Below are positions 50,537-60,596 of a stretch of 64,000 nt of DNA, piece after piece; within the stretch, counting starts at the first letter, position 1, and each line of letters begins with the position of its first letter. The stretch spans positions 1 to 64,000 of the IMG/VR virus record IMGVR_UViG_3300021431_000089; one strand, written 5' to 3'. The notes beneath the pieces were generated by a model. That model was not told the origin of the DNA. It did no database searches and worked only from the letters and a program-made list of their open reading frames with translations. The stretch is from a virus. Taxonomy: Duplodnaviria > Caudoviricetes. Both the position numbers and the translations under genes were made by a program.

Positions 50537-51904
50537 ATGTCCGATAGTTTTCTGAACTTAACTGGCCTCAGGTATTATCACGAGAAGTTGAAGAGTTTAT
50601 TCGCAAAAAAGTCAGATGTCGACACAGCGCTTGCCGATAAAGTCGACAAAGAAACCGGTAAAGGATTATCGACAAATGACTATACAACAACCGAGAAGAA
50701 TAAGTTGAGGGATATCGCTACCGGTGCTCAGGTAAACGTAATCGAGTCTGTTAAGGTCAACGGAAATGCTTTAAGCATTACGGCTAAGGCAGTTGACGTG
50801 ACTGTGCCGACGGCAGTTTCTCAGCTTACAAATGATAGCAACTATATCACGCTCGCGGATGTTCCAGAAGGAGCGGCGGCGTCAACAGTGACTCCGAAAA
50901 TGGACGGAACAGCCGCTCGCGGTACAGATAGTGGTTTTGCCAGAGGCGACCACATCCACCCAACCGATACATCGAGAGCAGCTGCATCTGATCTGACCGC
51001 ACTTGCAGGCAGAGTCACGACCGCAGAGACAAAGCTTAGCGGAATCGCAGAGGGGGCTCAGGTCAATGCCATTGAAAGCGTCAAAGTAAACGGAACTGCG
51101 CTTTCCATTAAGAGTAAGGCCGTTGACGTGACTGTCCCAACAAAACTTAGCGACCTTTCCAATGACGGAAATTTCGTAACTGACGCATCTTACGTCCACA
51201 CAGACAACAACTATACAACCGCCGAGAAGAATAAGCTTGCGGCAATCGAAGCCAGCGCAGATGCTAACGTTATTGAATCCGTTAAGCGCAACGGCGTAGC
51301 GTTAACTGTAACAAACAAGGCTGTCGATATCTCAGTACCGACTGCTTTATCAGAGCTTACTAACGATGGCGACTTTGTAACAGATGCAAGCTACGTCCAT
51401 ACAGACAACAACTTCACTGACACATTGTTATCAAAGCTTAATGGTATTGCAGCTGGTGCAACAAAAACCACAATCGATTCAGAGCTGAATTCCACCAGCA
51501 CCAATCCCGTACAAAACAAAGTAATCAACACAGCTCTTGGTGCAAAGGCTCCGCTCGCAACCCCTACGTTCACAGGAACGCCTAAGGCTCCGACTGCTGC
51601 CGCCGGAACAAATACAACTCAGATCGCAACCACCGAATTCGTCACGACGGCAGTTGCAAATGCGATTGCTGGCGTTACATCTATCAGCTATCAAGTCGTT
51701 ACAAGTCTGCCAGCGACAGGTGAAAACGGTGTCATTTATCTGGTTGCTCACTCGCACGGAGCCGGAGATGCATATGATGAATATGTCTGGACTGGTACAT
51801 CGTTTGAAAAACTTGGCAATACAGACATTGACCTGTCTGGCTATATGCTGAAGACAGACATGATTGCAATCACCACGGCTGAGATCGATACATTATTTGC
51901 GTAA
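50537..51904 (+). CDS. Fibre protein with internal repeats
   Basis: KGLSTNDYT; three repeats of the QVNVIESVKVNG..KAVDVTVPT type; PTFTGTPKAPT. Confidence 0.75.
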   Translation: MSDSFLNLTGLRYYHEKLKSLFAKKSDVDTALADKVDKETGKGLSTNDYTTTEKNKLRDIATGAQVNVIESVKVNGNALSITAKAVDVTVPTAVSQLTNDSNYITLADVPEGAAASTVTPKMDGTAARGTDSGFARGDHIHPTDTSRAAASDLTALAGRVTTAETKLSGIAEGAQVNAIESVKVNGTALSIKSKAVDVTVPTKLSDLSNDGNFVTDASYVHTDNNYTTAEKNKLAAIEASADANVIESVKRNGVALTVTNKAVDISVPTALSELTNDGDFVTDASYVHTDNNFTDTLLSKLNGIAAGATKTTIDSELNSTSTNPVQNKVINTALGAKAPLATPTFTGTPKAPTAAAGTNTTQIATTEFVTTAVANAIAGVTSISYQVVTSLPATGENGVIYLVAHSHGAGDAYDEYVWTGTSFEKLGNTDIDLSGYMLKTDMIAITTAEIDTLFA

Positions 51905-51918
51905 GGCGGTGACGCTCT

Positions 51919-54018
51919 ATGGCAAATAAGTATTTGGATACCATCGGTTTAGGACATTTAGTTGATAAAATCAAGAGTAAGTTTGTTCCAAAAAGAGAGG
52001 GCGGACACGCATATAACAACGTTGCTTCGGCATATTCCAAAGATGCCCCAGGCTACTGGCGAATAACGCTGCCAACGGTGACGGCATATGAAATGCTTCA
52101 GATTGAAATCGGCGTTCGACAGCACTATTACGTTCCATACTATGGAAAAATCATACTGCATGCATATCATAATAATACATCGCCATACGATTGGCGCCAG
52201 TTCAAAGCCACTTTAATAGGCGAGTTTAACGAAAACTTACAAATCTACGGAAGTGAAGGGAAATACTTTTACATTGCGGGATGCGCTGAATACTCGGCTA
52301 TAAGTGTGGATAAGATCCTTGTTGGCGACAGTGCCATTTATTCTGATCTTTCAAATGTTGTGATAGACCACGTGTCCGCATTACCGAGTACTAAACAACA
52401 GGCAACCCTAACACGTATGGTGACTGGTGTAAAAGGTAATAACGAATCTACATATAGTACCGGCAATGTAAATCTTACGGCGGATAAAATAGGTGCTTTT
52501 GAAAAACAGCCATACGCTGAAGGTACTCTTGAGGCTGGGATCAGACCGTACGTCGATTTCGCAAGGGCTAATAGGCTTGCGTTTTTACCGGCAGACCAAA
52601 TTATTATTGAGCAGACAACTGATGGTGGAGAAACATGGACTTCTGCTGAAATAACAGATGCCACAAAAGAATCATTATTCTCTGAATTTAGTACGCCGGT
52701 CAACATACCTTTGTTAAATAACCAGAAATCAACGTCTTGTGGATTGAGAATTACTATTACTGGCATGAAATATAATGTTCCATCGGGAACTGCGGAGACG
52801 GAAAAGTACAACTATTGGAATAGCGAGTATTTCAAAAGTACCGAAAGATATTTTAACGTCAGAGAATGGTGGTTTTGGTTATCTTCGACTGGCGACCGTA
52901 TTAGACCACAGATATTTTATGCAACGGGGAATAAGCCGAACGACTGGAAAACCTGTTTTGATAAAGATTTCAGAATGAATGGATGGTCTGGATCAGACTG
53001 GATCAGAGCTGGAAGCGGCATGGCTTTTGGTGGTTATACCGGTCAATTCGATCAACCGTGGAATTGGAGACTAATATTTTGGAGTGCCACAAAAGAAAAT
53101 CGAGATACATTCATCAGTGCGTCAGTACAGAACATTCAACAGATAAGATGTTACGGCGACAGTGTTTGGACGGCCGCAAACTGGTTAATGCGTCATGATC
53201 ATTTATACACATGGGATTCGCAACAAAATGTTGCATTCCCAGCAAATGTTAGAGCCACTCAATTTACAGGTGCTCTTAACGGAACCGCGACAAATGCGTC
53301 AAAAGTCAATAACCACACAGTCAACTCAGACGTTCCTGCAAATGCCGTTTTCACCGACACGGTCACCACAGCTTCTACAACTGGAACTGGTAATGCGGTA
53401 ACGGCTATCACGGCTTCCAACGGAGCATTAACTGTGACTAAGGGCACAACGTTCTTGACATCACATCAAGATATTTCCGGCAAGGCTGATAAGTCGGCCA
53501 CCGTTTCCACCGTCGCGTGGGATTCGGCAAATAAAAAACTGACGAAAACAATTAACGGCACAACAACAGATGTTGTAGCAGGCTCGGCAATTCTTAGCGG
53601 GTTAACCAAATCGCAGGTAACGACAGCGCTTGGATATACACCGCCTGAAACAGACACAGTTGCCACTGTGACAACAACTGGTTCGGGAAATGCAATTACA
53701 GCATTGACGGCCACAAATGGCGCCATCACAGCAACACTTGGGGCTACATTCCTTACAGAGCATCAGGATATCTCAGGCAAGATGAATGTGCCAGTTGGCG
53801 GTAATGCAGGACAGGTGCTTACGAAAACAGCCACTGGTTATGAGTGGCGAGATCCCATTTCGCTTGAGGCATATGTCGCAGGCGAGGTAGTAACATTCGA
53901 AGATGGTGTCGTTGATACAGCGACTGGAGGCGGTGGCGGTGTCACAGTAGAACAGGTTCAACAAATGATCAACGATGCAATTTCAGATATAACAGACGGA
54001 GATGAGGTGAGTTATTAA
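51919..54018 (+). CDS. Fibre/receptor-binding-like protein
   Basis: Two GNA(V/I)TA..NGA..TFLT.HQDISGK repeats; Trp-rich central domain. Confidence 0.7.
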   Translation: MANKYLDTIGLGHLVDKIKSKFVPKREGGHAYNNVASAYSKDAPGYWRITLPTVTAYEMLQIEIGVRQHYYVPYYGKIILHAYHNNTSPYDWRQFKATLIGEFNENLQIYGSEGKYFYIAGCAEYSAISVDKILVGDSAIYSDLSNVVIDHVSALPSTKQQATLTRMVTGVKGNNESTYSTGNVNLTADKIGAFEKQPYAEGTLEAGIRPYVDFARANRLAFLPADQIIIEQTTDGGETWTSAEITDATKESLFSEFSTPVNIPLLNNQKSTSCGLRITITGMKYNVPSGTAETEKYNYWNSEYFKSTERYFNVREWWFWLSSTGDRIRPQIFYATGNKPNDWKTCFDKDFRMNGWSGSDWIRAGSGMAFGGYTGQFDQPWNWRLIFWSATKENRDTFISASVQNIQQIRCYGDSVWTAANWLMRHDHLYTWDSQQNVAFPANVRATQFTGALNGTATNASKVNNHTVNSDVPANAVFTDTVTTASTTGTGNAVTAITASNGALTVTKGTTFLTSHQDISGKADKSATVSTVAWDSANKKLTKTINGTTTDVVAGSAILSGLTKSQVTTALGYTPPETDTVATVTTTGSGNAITALTATNGAITATLGATFLTEHQDISGKMNVPVGGNAGQVLTKTATGYEWRDPISLEAYVAGEVVTFEDGVVDTATGGGGGVTVEQVQQMINDAISDITDGDEVSY

Positions 54019-54779
54019 TGGCTAAGGTTTTAGTCACAGAATCATATCTTACAGCTATTGCCAATGCCATTAGAAACAAGCTTGGCGGTAGCGCAGCGTA
54101 TAAGCCATCACAGATGGCAGATGCGATTTCAAGTATTCCGACAGGCGGCAGTGGTAAGCCCGAACAGACAAAGAACGCCACTCCATCCGAAACCGCCCAG
54201 ACGATCAAGCCTGACAGTGGTTATACACTTTCCAGTGTCACTGTAGGTGCGATTTCGTCAACGTATGTCGGCAGCGGCGTCGCCAGAAAATCATCTAGCA
54301 ATCTGACGGCTTCAGGTGCAACAGTGACAGTACCCGCCGGGTATTATTCTTCACAAGCGTCAAAGGCTGTTGCAGCGGCAACACAGGCAACACCAAGTAT
54401 TAGTGTAAGTAGTGCCGGATTAATAACGGCCAGCGCTACACAAACCGCAGGATACGTTACTGCCGGAACTAAATCTGCAACAAAACAGTTAAGCACTGAT
54501 AGCGGTTCAACAGTAACACCGACAAAGTCATCGCAGACGGTGTCTGTCAGTGGCAAATATATGACCGGGAATGTCGTTGTTAATGCGATTCCTGCAGCAT
54601 ATATCACTACCACTGACGCCACCGCCGGTGCGGGAGATATTTTATCCGGCGAGACTGCATACGTGAACGGCTCAAAGGTCACTGGAACTCTGCAAGTCCA
54701 TAATTATTACACAGGTACGGGCGACCCATCCTCTGCCACTGGAAACAATGGTGATCTATATTTAAAGGTGAATAGCTAA
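54018..54779 (+). CDS. Fibre protein (S/T/A-rich)
   Basis: QTIKPDSGY..VTVGAI; GETAYVNG; TAATG coupling. Confidence 0.65.
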   Translation: MAKVLVTESYLTAIANAIRNKLGGSAAYKPSQMADAISSIPTGGSGKPEQTKNATPSETAQTIKPDSGYTLSSVTVGAISSTYVGSGVARKSSSNLTASGATVTVPAGYYSSQASKAVAAATQATPSISVSSAGLITASATQTAGYVTAGTKSATKQLSTDSGSTVTPTKSSQTVSVSGKYMTGNVVVNAIPAAYITTTDATAGAGDILSGETAYVNGSKVTGTLQVHNYYTGTGDPSSATGNNGDLYLKVNS

Positions 54780-56122
54780 TGCCTACAGCAAGATTAATTC
54801 CAAGTGATTACTACCTGAGTAGTTCTTCATACTTGTCCGTATCCAACGAGGATAATATGTATGCCAATACCGATAGCACAACATATGCAAGTGTTTATAA
54901 TTCTCGGGCGAGCACCACGTCATATTACATCTACCTGCGTGGATTTAATTTTGGTTCGGTTCCAAGTGCTGCGGTCGTGAATTCGTTTACGGTTAAGCTT
55001 AAGGCAAGTGAAAGCGGTGTGAGCACATCTACATCTTATAAACCATATTTGGCCAATGGTACATCTGCCATCAACGGAACGTGTGATCCTATAACAGCAT
55101 CAGTTCAGACACTTGAGTTTGATGGATTGACGGCGGATTGGGAAACAATTGTTGGATACGGAAGTGACTTCGGGATTCGCATCAACTGTCGAAGAGCATC
55201 AAGAAACACCGCTGCTTATATGTATATCTATGGCGCAGAGATAGAAGTCAATTACACCGTTCCCAACCCGGCGACGGTGACATCAACTCTGGTTGGTAAC
55301 GGTACAATTTCACCAAATGGTGCATATTCAACATCCGAAGGCGCAACATATGAGTTAACGATTACGCCCGATGATGTCTCGGAGGAAGTGACAATTACAA
55401 AGGACGGCGTTGATGTAACCGCCGACTTGGTTGTGCATGCGCCCGGGCAGACGACCAATTTCGTCCCCGCCGATGTTACCACATCCTATATACAAAGCGG
55501 TTCTTCATATGCAGAGTATGCAGTCGGGCATAGCGCGGAAGATCCGTCCAGTTCTGGAACGTCATCGAACATGTATGCTTCAGATACAGGTTATGCGGAT
55601 TACACATTTAATTTCAGTTCCATTCCGAGCAACGCCGTGATCGATGAGTTCTCTGTCAGGTGCTATGGGCACAGAGAGAATGCAACCATTGACTCAAGCC
55701 ACATCTCGAGTGTAGCAATAGTTGTGAATGATACCGCCGTCAGTGAAGAGGTTGACTTCCCATCGACAAGTAATACAACAATTACTGTTGAGCCGACGGG
55801 TAATATCACGAGAGCAGATCTCAATAATTTAGCCATTCGTCATACGGTTGGTTATTACGGTGGACTGGTTCTAGGTATCACTATAACAATTACATATTCA
55901 ACCGGTTCCGGTACGATTGATCATTATACATACACTTACACTGTAAGTGGAGATGCGGCGATCATCGTTACTATTGGATCGCAGGAGAAGATGTACCTTA
56001 AAGTCAATGGATCGTGGAAGGTCGTTGATAAAGTTTATAAGAAAGTTAATGGCGCCTGGGTTGAGCAGACAGATTTGGCGTCGCTTTTCAATACAGCCTA
56101 TGCCTATGTGCATAGAGAATAA
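54779..56122 (+). CDS. Beta-sandwich adhesin-like virion protein
   Basis: Two FNF.S(V/I)PS.AV domains; C-terminal YLKVNGSWK..VYKKVNGAW. Confidence 0.6.
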   Translation: MPTARLIPSDYYLSSSSYLSVSNEDNMYANTDSTTYASVYNSRASTTSYYIYLRGFNFGSVPSAAVVNSFTVKLKASESGVSTSTSYKPYLANGTSAINGTCDPITASVQTLEFDGLTADWETIVGYGSDFGIRINCRRASRNTAAYMYIYGAEIEVNYTVPNPATVTSTLVGNGTISPNGAYSTSEGATYELTITPDDVSEEVTITKDGVDVTADLVVHAPGQTTNFVPADVTTSYIQSGSSYAEYAVGHSAEDPSSSGTSSNMYASDTGYADYTFNFSSIPSNAVIDEFSVRCYGHRENATIDSSHISSVAIVVNDTAVSEEVDFPSTSNTTITVEPTGNITRADLNNLAIRHTVGYYGGLVLGITITITYSTGSGTIDHYTYTYTVSGDAAIIVTIGSQEKMYLKVNGSWKVVDKVYKKVNGAWVEQTDLASLFNTAYAYVHRE

Positions 56123-56134
56123 GGAGGTAGGACT

Positions 56135-57709
56135 ATGTCAGAAGTGTCGCAGATTAGAGTCAAAGGCACTTTATATGATATCAAGGACGCGGTCGCGAGA
56201 CTTGCGACTGGTGCCCCTGCTGTGGCATCAACCGCTGCGGGCATGACCGACACGTCCAAGATTTACGTATATACGGGTACTGAAAGTGGCTACACTAAAG
56301 GCCACTGGTACTACCACGACGGAACATCGTGGGTGAGCGGCGGCGTATACCAAAGCTCAGGAATCGAAACAGATTCTAGCCTGTCCGTAAGCGGCGCCGC
56401 GGCAGATGCTAAAGTTACAGGCGACGCAATTAACAATGTTGTTTACGTCGGAACCGAGGCAACAGATAGTCATACACAGGTCTTAGTATCGCCGACAAAT
56501 ACCGAGTTGGATATTGTTACGCAGGCCGATTTCGATGCGGAGATCAGTGATTTGAGGATCGCAATAAGTTCTTCACAGGGCATGAGCGCAGAGTTCAAAG
56601 TGGCACTGGAAAATTTAGTATCGCATGTTGCCTTCATTGGCGATGATCCTACTGGACGGGCATATATTGATGCACTGCATACGGCTATGTATCCTCCTGC
56701 TAATCTGACAAGGATTTCAGCGGTATATACGCAGAGCGGGACAGTTTATGCTACGGATTCTATTGATTCGTTGAAAGATGATTTGACAGTTACTGCATCG
56801 TATAGCAACGGAACAATATCAACGGTTGCAAAGACTGATTACACATTAAGCGGAACACTTACTGAGGGCACAAGTACTATCACAGTTTCGTATGGTGGTA
56901 AGACAACCTCGTTCAATGTCACTGTTTCATCCGTTCCGGAGTATGGCACGTTTACTCCGCAGAATATCGTAAACGGAAAATACATTTCTGATACTGGTGT
57001 TATTTCAGATTCTACATATGGATCATATAGTGAAGACTATTTACGAGTAATGTCCCATGTATATTTTATTAAATTCGATAACCTGAAAGGATCGAACCCT
57101 AACTATAGAATTTGCGAGTATGATTCTACAAAGAATTACTTGAGGCAGAACCATGTTTCAAACACTGGAGCGAATTATGGCTTGACGGGTTCATCGAATA
57201 CTTTTGCTTTCCCTGACGATACCAGCTATGTAAGATTGTCTTGGTATGGTGAAGATCAGCTCCGCACGCCTTCGGTCACTATAAACACAGTGTCCTATAC
57301 TGACTTACCTATGGAAATAGGTGATATAGATAGTGCTACTGGCGAGAATAAAGTGGAATCCAAGCGTTGCAGAACGCAAACATTTATTCCTGTTACAGGT
57401 TCCACTATTACCGTTTCCAACTGTCCTTTCTTTGCAAACTGGCATGCAACGGCGGTCAGCAAAGAGGGCACTGATGGTTGGGGCAACGGTGCAGGATATT
57501 TCTTTAGGTGTTATGACTCATCGCATAATATCGTAGGAACGTTATCTTATTACAACAACAACATTACAGATGTCGCTTTACCGAGCGGCACTGCATACGT
57601 CCGAATGATCTTCCAAAAGAACAGCAATGATTTTCCAACGGATTTTGATAAGTTGGTGATACAGCCGATTGTGATTAATGGTGTCAATTACAGAATTGTG
57701 AAGGCTTAA
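56135..57709 (+). CDS. Ig-like + tandem CBM-like domain protein (cassette B, gene 1)
   Basis: DSSLSVSGAAADAK; Ig domain paralogous to 26969-28288; two YD...P..T.YVR domains. Confidence 0.7.
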   Translation: MSEVSQIRVKGTLYDIKDAVARLATGAPAVASTAAGMTDTSKIYVYTGTESGYTKGHWYYHDGTSWVSGGVYQSSGIETDSSLSVSGAAADAKVTGDAINNVVYVGTEATDSHTQVLVSPTNTELDIVTQADFDAEISDLRIAISSSQGMSAEFKVALENLVSHVAFIGDDPTGRAYIDALHTAMYPPANLTRISAVYTQSGTVYATDSIDSLKDDLTVTASYSNGTISTVAKTDYTLSGTLTEGTSTITVSYGGKTTSFNVTVSSVPEYGTFTPQNIVNGKYISDTGVISDSTYGSYSEDYLRVMSHVYFIKFDNLKGSNPNYRICEYDSTKNYLRQNHVSNTGANYGLTGSSNTFAFPDDTSYVRLSWYGEDQLRTPSVTINTVSYTDLPMEIGDIDSATGENKVESKRCRTQTFIPVTGSTITVSNCPFFANWHATAVSKEGTDGWGNGAGYFFRCYDSSHNIVGTLSYYNNNITDVALPSGTAYVRMIFQKNSNDFPTDFDKLVIQPIVINGVNYRIVKA

Positions 57710-57711
57710 GT

Positions 57712-59007
57712 ATGGCAGTATATGATGTGAATGGTGTTGCTCTTAATGCCATATATAATGCTGATGGAAGTGAATTGAACAAGGCTTATAATGCCGACGG
57801 AAACATTGTTTATCAGAAGCAATCAATCGTAATTCCGACGGGTGATTATTCAACACAGATTGGTTATCTGTCGGATTGGTTGATTAATCTTGCGACATAC
57901 ACAGCGAACGGTGAGACATATGTCAAAGAGCGTTACCGCATGGACACATGGGCATGGTCAAGCGGTGCAACGGCAATGGCTTGTGCTCAAACTGCATGGA
58001 TGTATCTGAACTTGTGGCAGTACACGGGTAATAGCAATTATTTGACTACCGCTCGGAACCTTGTCACGAGTCTGGAAAAAGGTAGAGCGTCAAACGGTGG
58101 ATTCCCCATGTTCATCTATAACGCAGGCGATCATTATATGGATACCAACATTTATACAGGCGGTAATTCAGAAGTCCCGATCAGTCTGTTCAGATGTGCG
58201 GAGATTGATGCCGAAAATGCACAGACATATATCACGAACGGTCTGCGGTCATGCGAATATCTGCTTTCGATTCAGAACAGTAATGGCTCATGGAGAACGG
58301 TAACGAATGACACTTCTCAGACGGCTATGTTCACTGCACAAGCAATAAGCGCATTGGCTATGGGGTATCAGCACGCTTCAAATAAAAGCGTTTATCAGAC
58401 GGCTATAGAAAAAGGTATTGCTTTTATTCAGACACAGTTACTGTCAGACAATCGCATTAAGACTTGCCGTGAAGTAAGTCCGAACACTGAATACTGGCGA
58501 CCGCCTACATCAGACCAGTCTATCGTTATAAGAGGGCTTGCCTTAGCAGAATACTATTTGCCGAATAACTCCAATGTTTCCAGTTGGAGAACATTACGGC
58601 GGACACTTTTGTCATATCTGAATCAGTGCATCGGTTCTGAGGGTGCTGTCAGAAATGGCCTTGAAACAACAAATCTTCCGAATGATTTCTATGGATTGAC
58701 TGACCATGTATACACAACATCGTGGGCGATTGAAGCATATCATTTCTGCGGACTTGTTGATAACGATCAGACTGAAATGAACATATCCAAGGGAATCGTT
58801 GATTTCTGTAAAGGAAACCTGTATTTCAACACAGGCAACGAAAACACGAACGGAACGCTCAGAGGTGCGTACAACATTCAAGACGGCAACTGGGATACAT
58901 CAGCGTTGACACAGGATAGCGGTAACGAAGGCGGTGCTGAGATGATTTATGTCGGATGGGTAATGTCTCCGATTTGTACATGGATGATGAAGTACCAAGA
59001 GAACTAA
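57712..59007 (+). CDS. (alpha/alpha)-toroid enzyme-like protein with N-terminal YD/YNxxG repeats (cassette B, gene 2)
   Basis: QW-type repeats YLLSIQNSNGSW and RASNGGFP; N-terminus paralogous to the GH16 gene. Confidence 0.6.
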   Translation: MAVYDVNGVALNAIYNADGSELNKAYNADGNIVYQKQSIVIPTGDYSTQIGYLSDWLINLATYTANGETYVKERYRMDTWAWSSGATAMACAQTAWMYLNLWQYTGNSNYLTTARNLVTSLEKGRASNGGFPMFIYNAGDHYMDTNIYTGGNSEVPISLFRCAEIDAENAQTYITNGLRSCEYLLSIQNSNGSWRTVTNDTSQTAMFTAQAISALAMGYQHASNKSVYQTAIEKGIAFIQTQLLSDNRIKTCREVSPNTEYWRPPTSDQSIVIRGLALAEYYLPNNSNVSSWRTLRRTLLSYLNQCIGSEGAVRNGLETTNLPNDFYGLTDHVYTTSWAIEAYHFCGLVDNDQTEMNISKGIVDFCKGNLYFNTGNENTNGTLRGAYNIQDGNWDTSALTQDSGNEGGAEMIYVGWVMSPICTWMMKYQEN

Positions 59008-59040
59008 AGGAAATTTTAACACTAAACGAATACGTTACAC

Positions 59041-59131
59041 AGGTGCGCGGTTAGCGAATAATTGCGCACCTTTTTAAATTCTTTACAACAACAAGCGAAT
59101 AAGGCGGGAAAGACTCCCGCCCTTTTTATTT
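59041..59131 (+). terminator. Two tandem intrinsic terminators
   Basis: AGGTGCGC/GCGCACCT+T-tract and GGCGGGA/TCCCGCC+CTTTTT. Confidence 0.7.
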
Positions 59132-59162
59132 TCGCGACAAAGGCGATGAAAGGAGAAAGCCT

Positions 59163-59945
59163 ATGGCTACAAAATCTTATCAGGACTTTAAAGAAAAGTA
59201 TCTCGGCAAACGCGTCGACATCGACGGGTTCCCCGCCAACCAGCCCTATCAGTGCTGGGACTATGTCAGTGGACTTTACTTCCCTTATATCGGGGGCAAA
59301 GTCATCCATTGTGGACAGAGCGGCTATGTAAAAGATATTGCCAATCAGCGCAATAGCAATGGCATTCTTGACTTTTGTGTAGATGTAGGGCTGAAAGCAA
59401 CATTGCAGCCCGGCGACATCTGCATTTGGACAAACTGCCCCGCCTGCCCCTACTCTCACATTGCTATCTACGACCACGACGACGGTCAGGAGGCAGTGTT
59501 CTTCATCGGTCAGAACCAGTCTGCCACATACGTCAACATTATCAAGATTCCTGTAGCAGGAATCATTGGCGTATTCAGACCGAAAATTTTCGTCGGCAAG
59601 AAAGAGGCTTCCGAAGTTAAACAGGCAAAGAAGAAAAAGAAGCCTGATCAGATTCTGACCAAAGGCTCCAAGGTTATTTCTGAAGGATTCTACATCCAGA
59701 AGATTAACTACCAGAAAGACTGGGGCTACAACAGCTGGGTTGGCGGATGGTTCCCGCTCAAGGACGTTAACGAGGTTGACGCTCTTGACGGCAGAAAGGA
59801 TCAGATCGTTCACATCGGTTCCGGCTGTGCGTTTAACAAGGGCGTTATGACTGTCATTGACATCAACGTCAAGAATGATACAGCGCTGTGTAAAGAACTT
59901 GGCTACTGGGTCAAGTCCAGATGCCTGCGCGAAGTGGAGGACTAA
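59163..59945 (+). CDS. Endolysin, CHAP domain
   Basis: DIDG..QCWDY, PGDI, SHIAI, FIGQNQ; C-terminal putative binding domain. Confidence 0.85.
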   Translation: MATKSYQDFKEKYLGKRVDIDGFPANQPYQCWDYVSGLYFPYIGGKVIHCGQSGYVKDIANQRNSNGILDFCVDVGLKATLQPGDICIWTNCPACPYSHIAIYDHDDGQEAVFFIGQNQSATYVNIIKIPVAGIIGVFRPKIFVGKKEASEVKQAKKKKKPDQILTKGSKVISEGFYIQKINYQKDWGYNSWVGGWFPLKDVNEVDALDGRKDQIVHIGSGCAFNKGVMTVIDINVKNDTALCKELGYWVKSRCLREVED

Positions 59946-59948
59946 ATT

Positions 59949-60185
59949 ATGAGTATTGATTGGAAAAGAAAATTATCGTCAAGGAAACTCTGGCTTGCTA
60001 TTGCAGGTCTCGTATCGGGTATTATGATTTTTCTCGGAAGACCTGAGAGCGAAGCCACACAGGTATCGGCACTGATTATGTCGGCCGCATCTGTAGTTAG
60101 CTACGTTGTGGCTGAAGGTCTCATCGATTCCGCCAACGCACCCTATGTAGGCGCCGTGGAGGATGAGGCCGATGAATCCAACTGA
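59949..60185 (+). CDS. Holin
   Basis: IDWKRKLSSRKLW, two TM segments, EGLID. Confidence 0.8.
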   Translation: MSIDWKRKLSSRKLWLAIAGLVSGIMIFLGRPESEATQVSALIMSAASVVSYVVAEGLIDSANAPYVGAVEDEADESN

Positions 60186-60549
60186 GTTAGAAGTAGTCTG
60201 GTCATTTGTCGGTAAATTGGCCGCAGTTGTTGGTGTTCTCGTAGCTCTGGTCAAAGGCTATCAGTTTTTGAGATCGCTGACCCCGATCTCCAAACTCGAA
60301 TTACGAGTTGGCGAGGCGGAACAGAAATTAAGGAACGATTACGATCATTTAAAAAAGATCGATGAACAAATCGAGCATTTGGAGAAGACGTCCGATGATA
60401 CGCAACTCCAGATTAAAGAAGTTAATGAGGGCATTCAGCGGATAGGAAAGTCACAGATTTCGCTCTTGCGTCATTTTGTGACTGGGAACGGCCAGAAAGA
60501 AATGGCAGATGAAGCGGACGATCTAACTGAGTGGTTCATCGATAGATAG
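60172..60549 (+). CDS. TM + coiled-coil lysis-associated protein
   Basis: N-terminal TM then coiled coil; adjacent to the holin. Confidence 0.55.
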   Translation: MNPTELEVVWSFVGKLAAVVGVLVALVKGYQFLRSLTPISKLELRVGEAEQKLRNDYDHLKKIDEQIEHLEKTSDDTQLQIKEVNEGIQRIGKSQISLLRHFVTGNGQKEMADEADDLTEWFIDR

Positions 60550-60558
60550 ATGTATCTC

Positions 60559-60582
60559 GGGGTCGCGCAAGCGGCCCTTTTT
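60559..60582 (+). terminator. Intrinsic terminator
   Basis: GGGTCGC-GCAA-GCGGCCC-TTTTT. Confidence 0.7.
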
Positions 60583-60596
60583 AGGAGGCTAAATAA

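Noticed and set aside
47864-59007. Diversity-generating retroelement in the fibre cluster
   Set aside because: No reverse transcriptase in the window and no TR/VR pair differing only at adenines was seen; repeats differ mainly at synonymous sites.
59022-59813. 263-aa antisense ORF over the endolysin
   Set aside because: The sense CHAP gene has clear motifs and an RBS; the antisense product has none.
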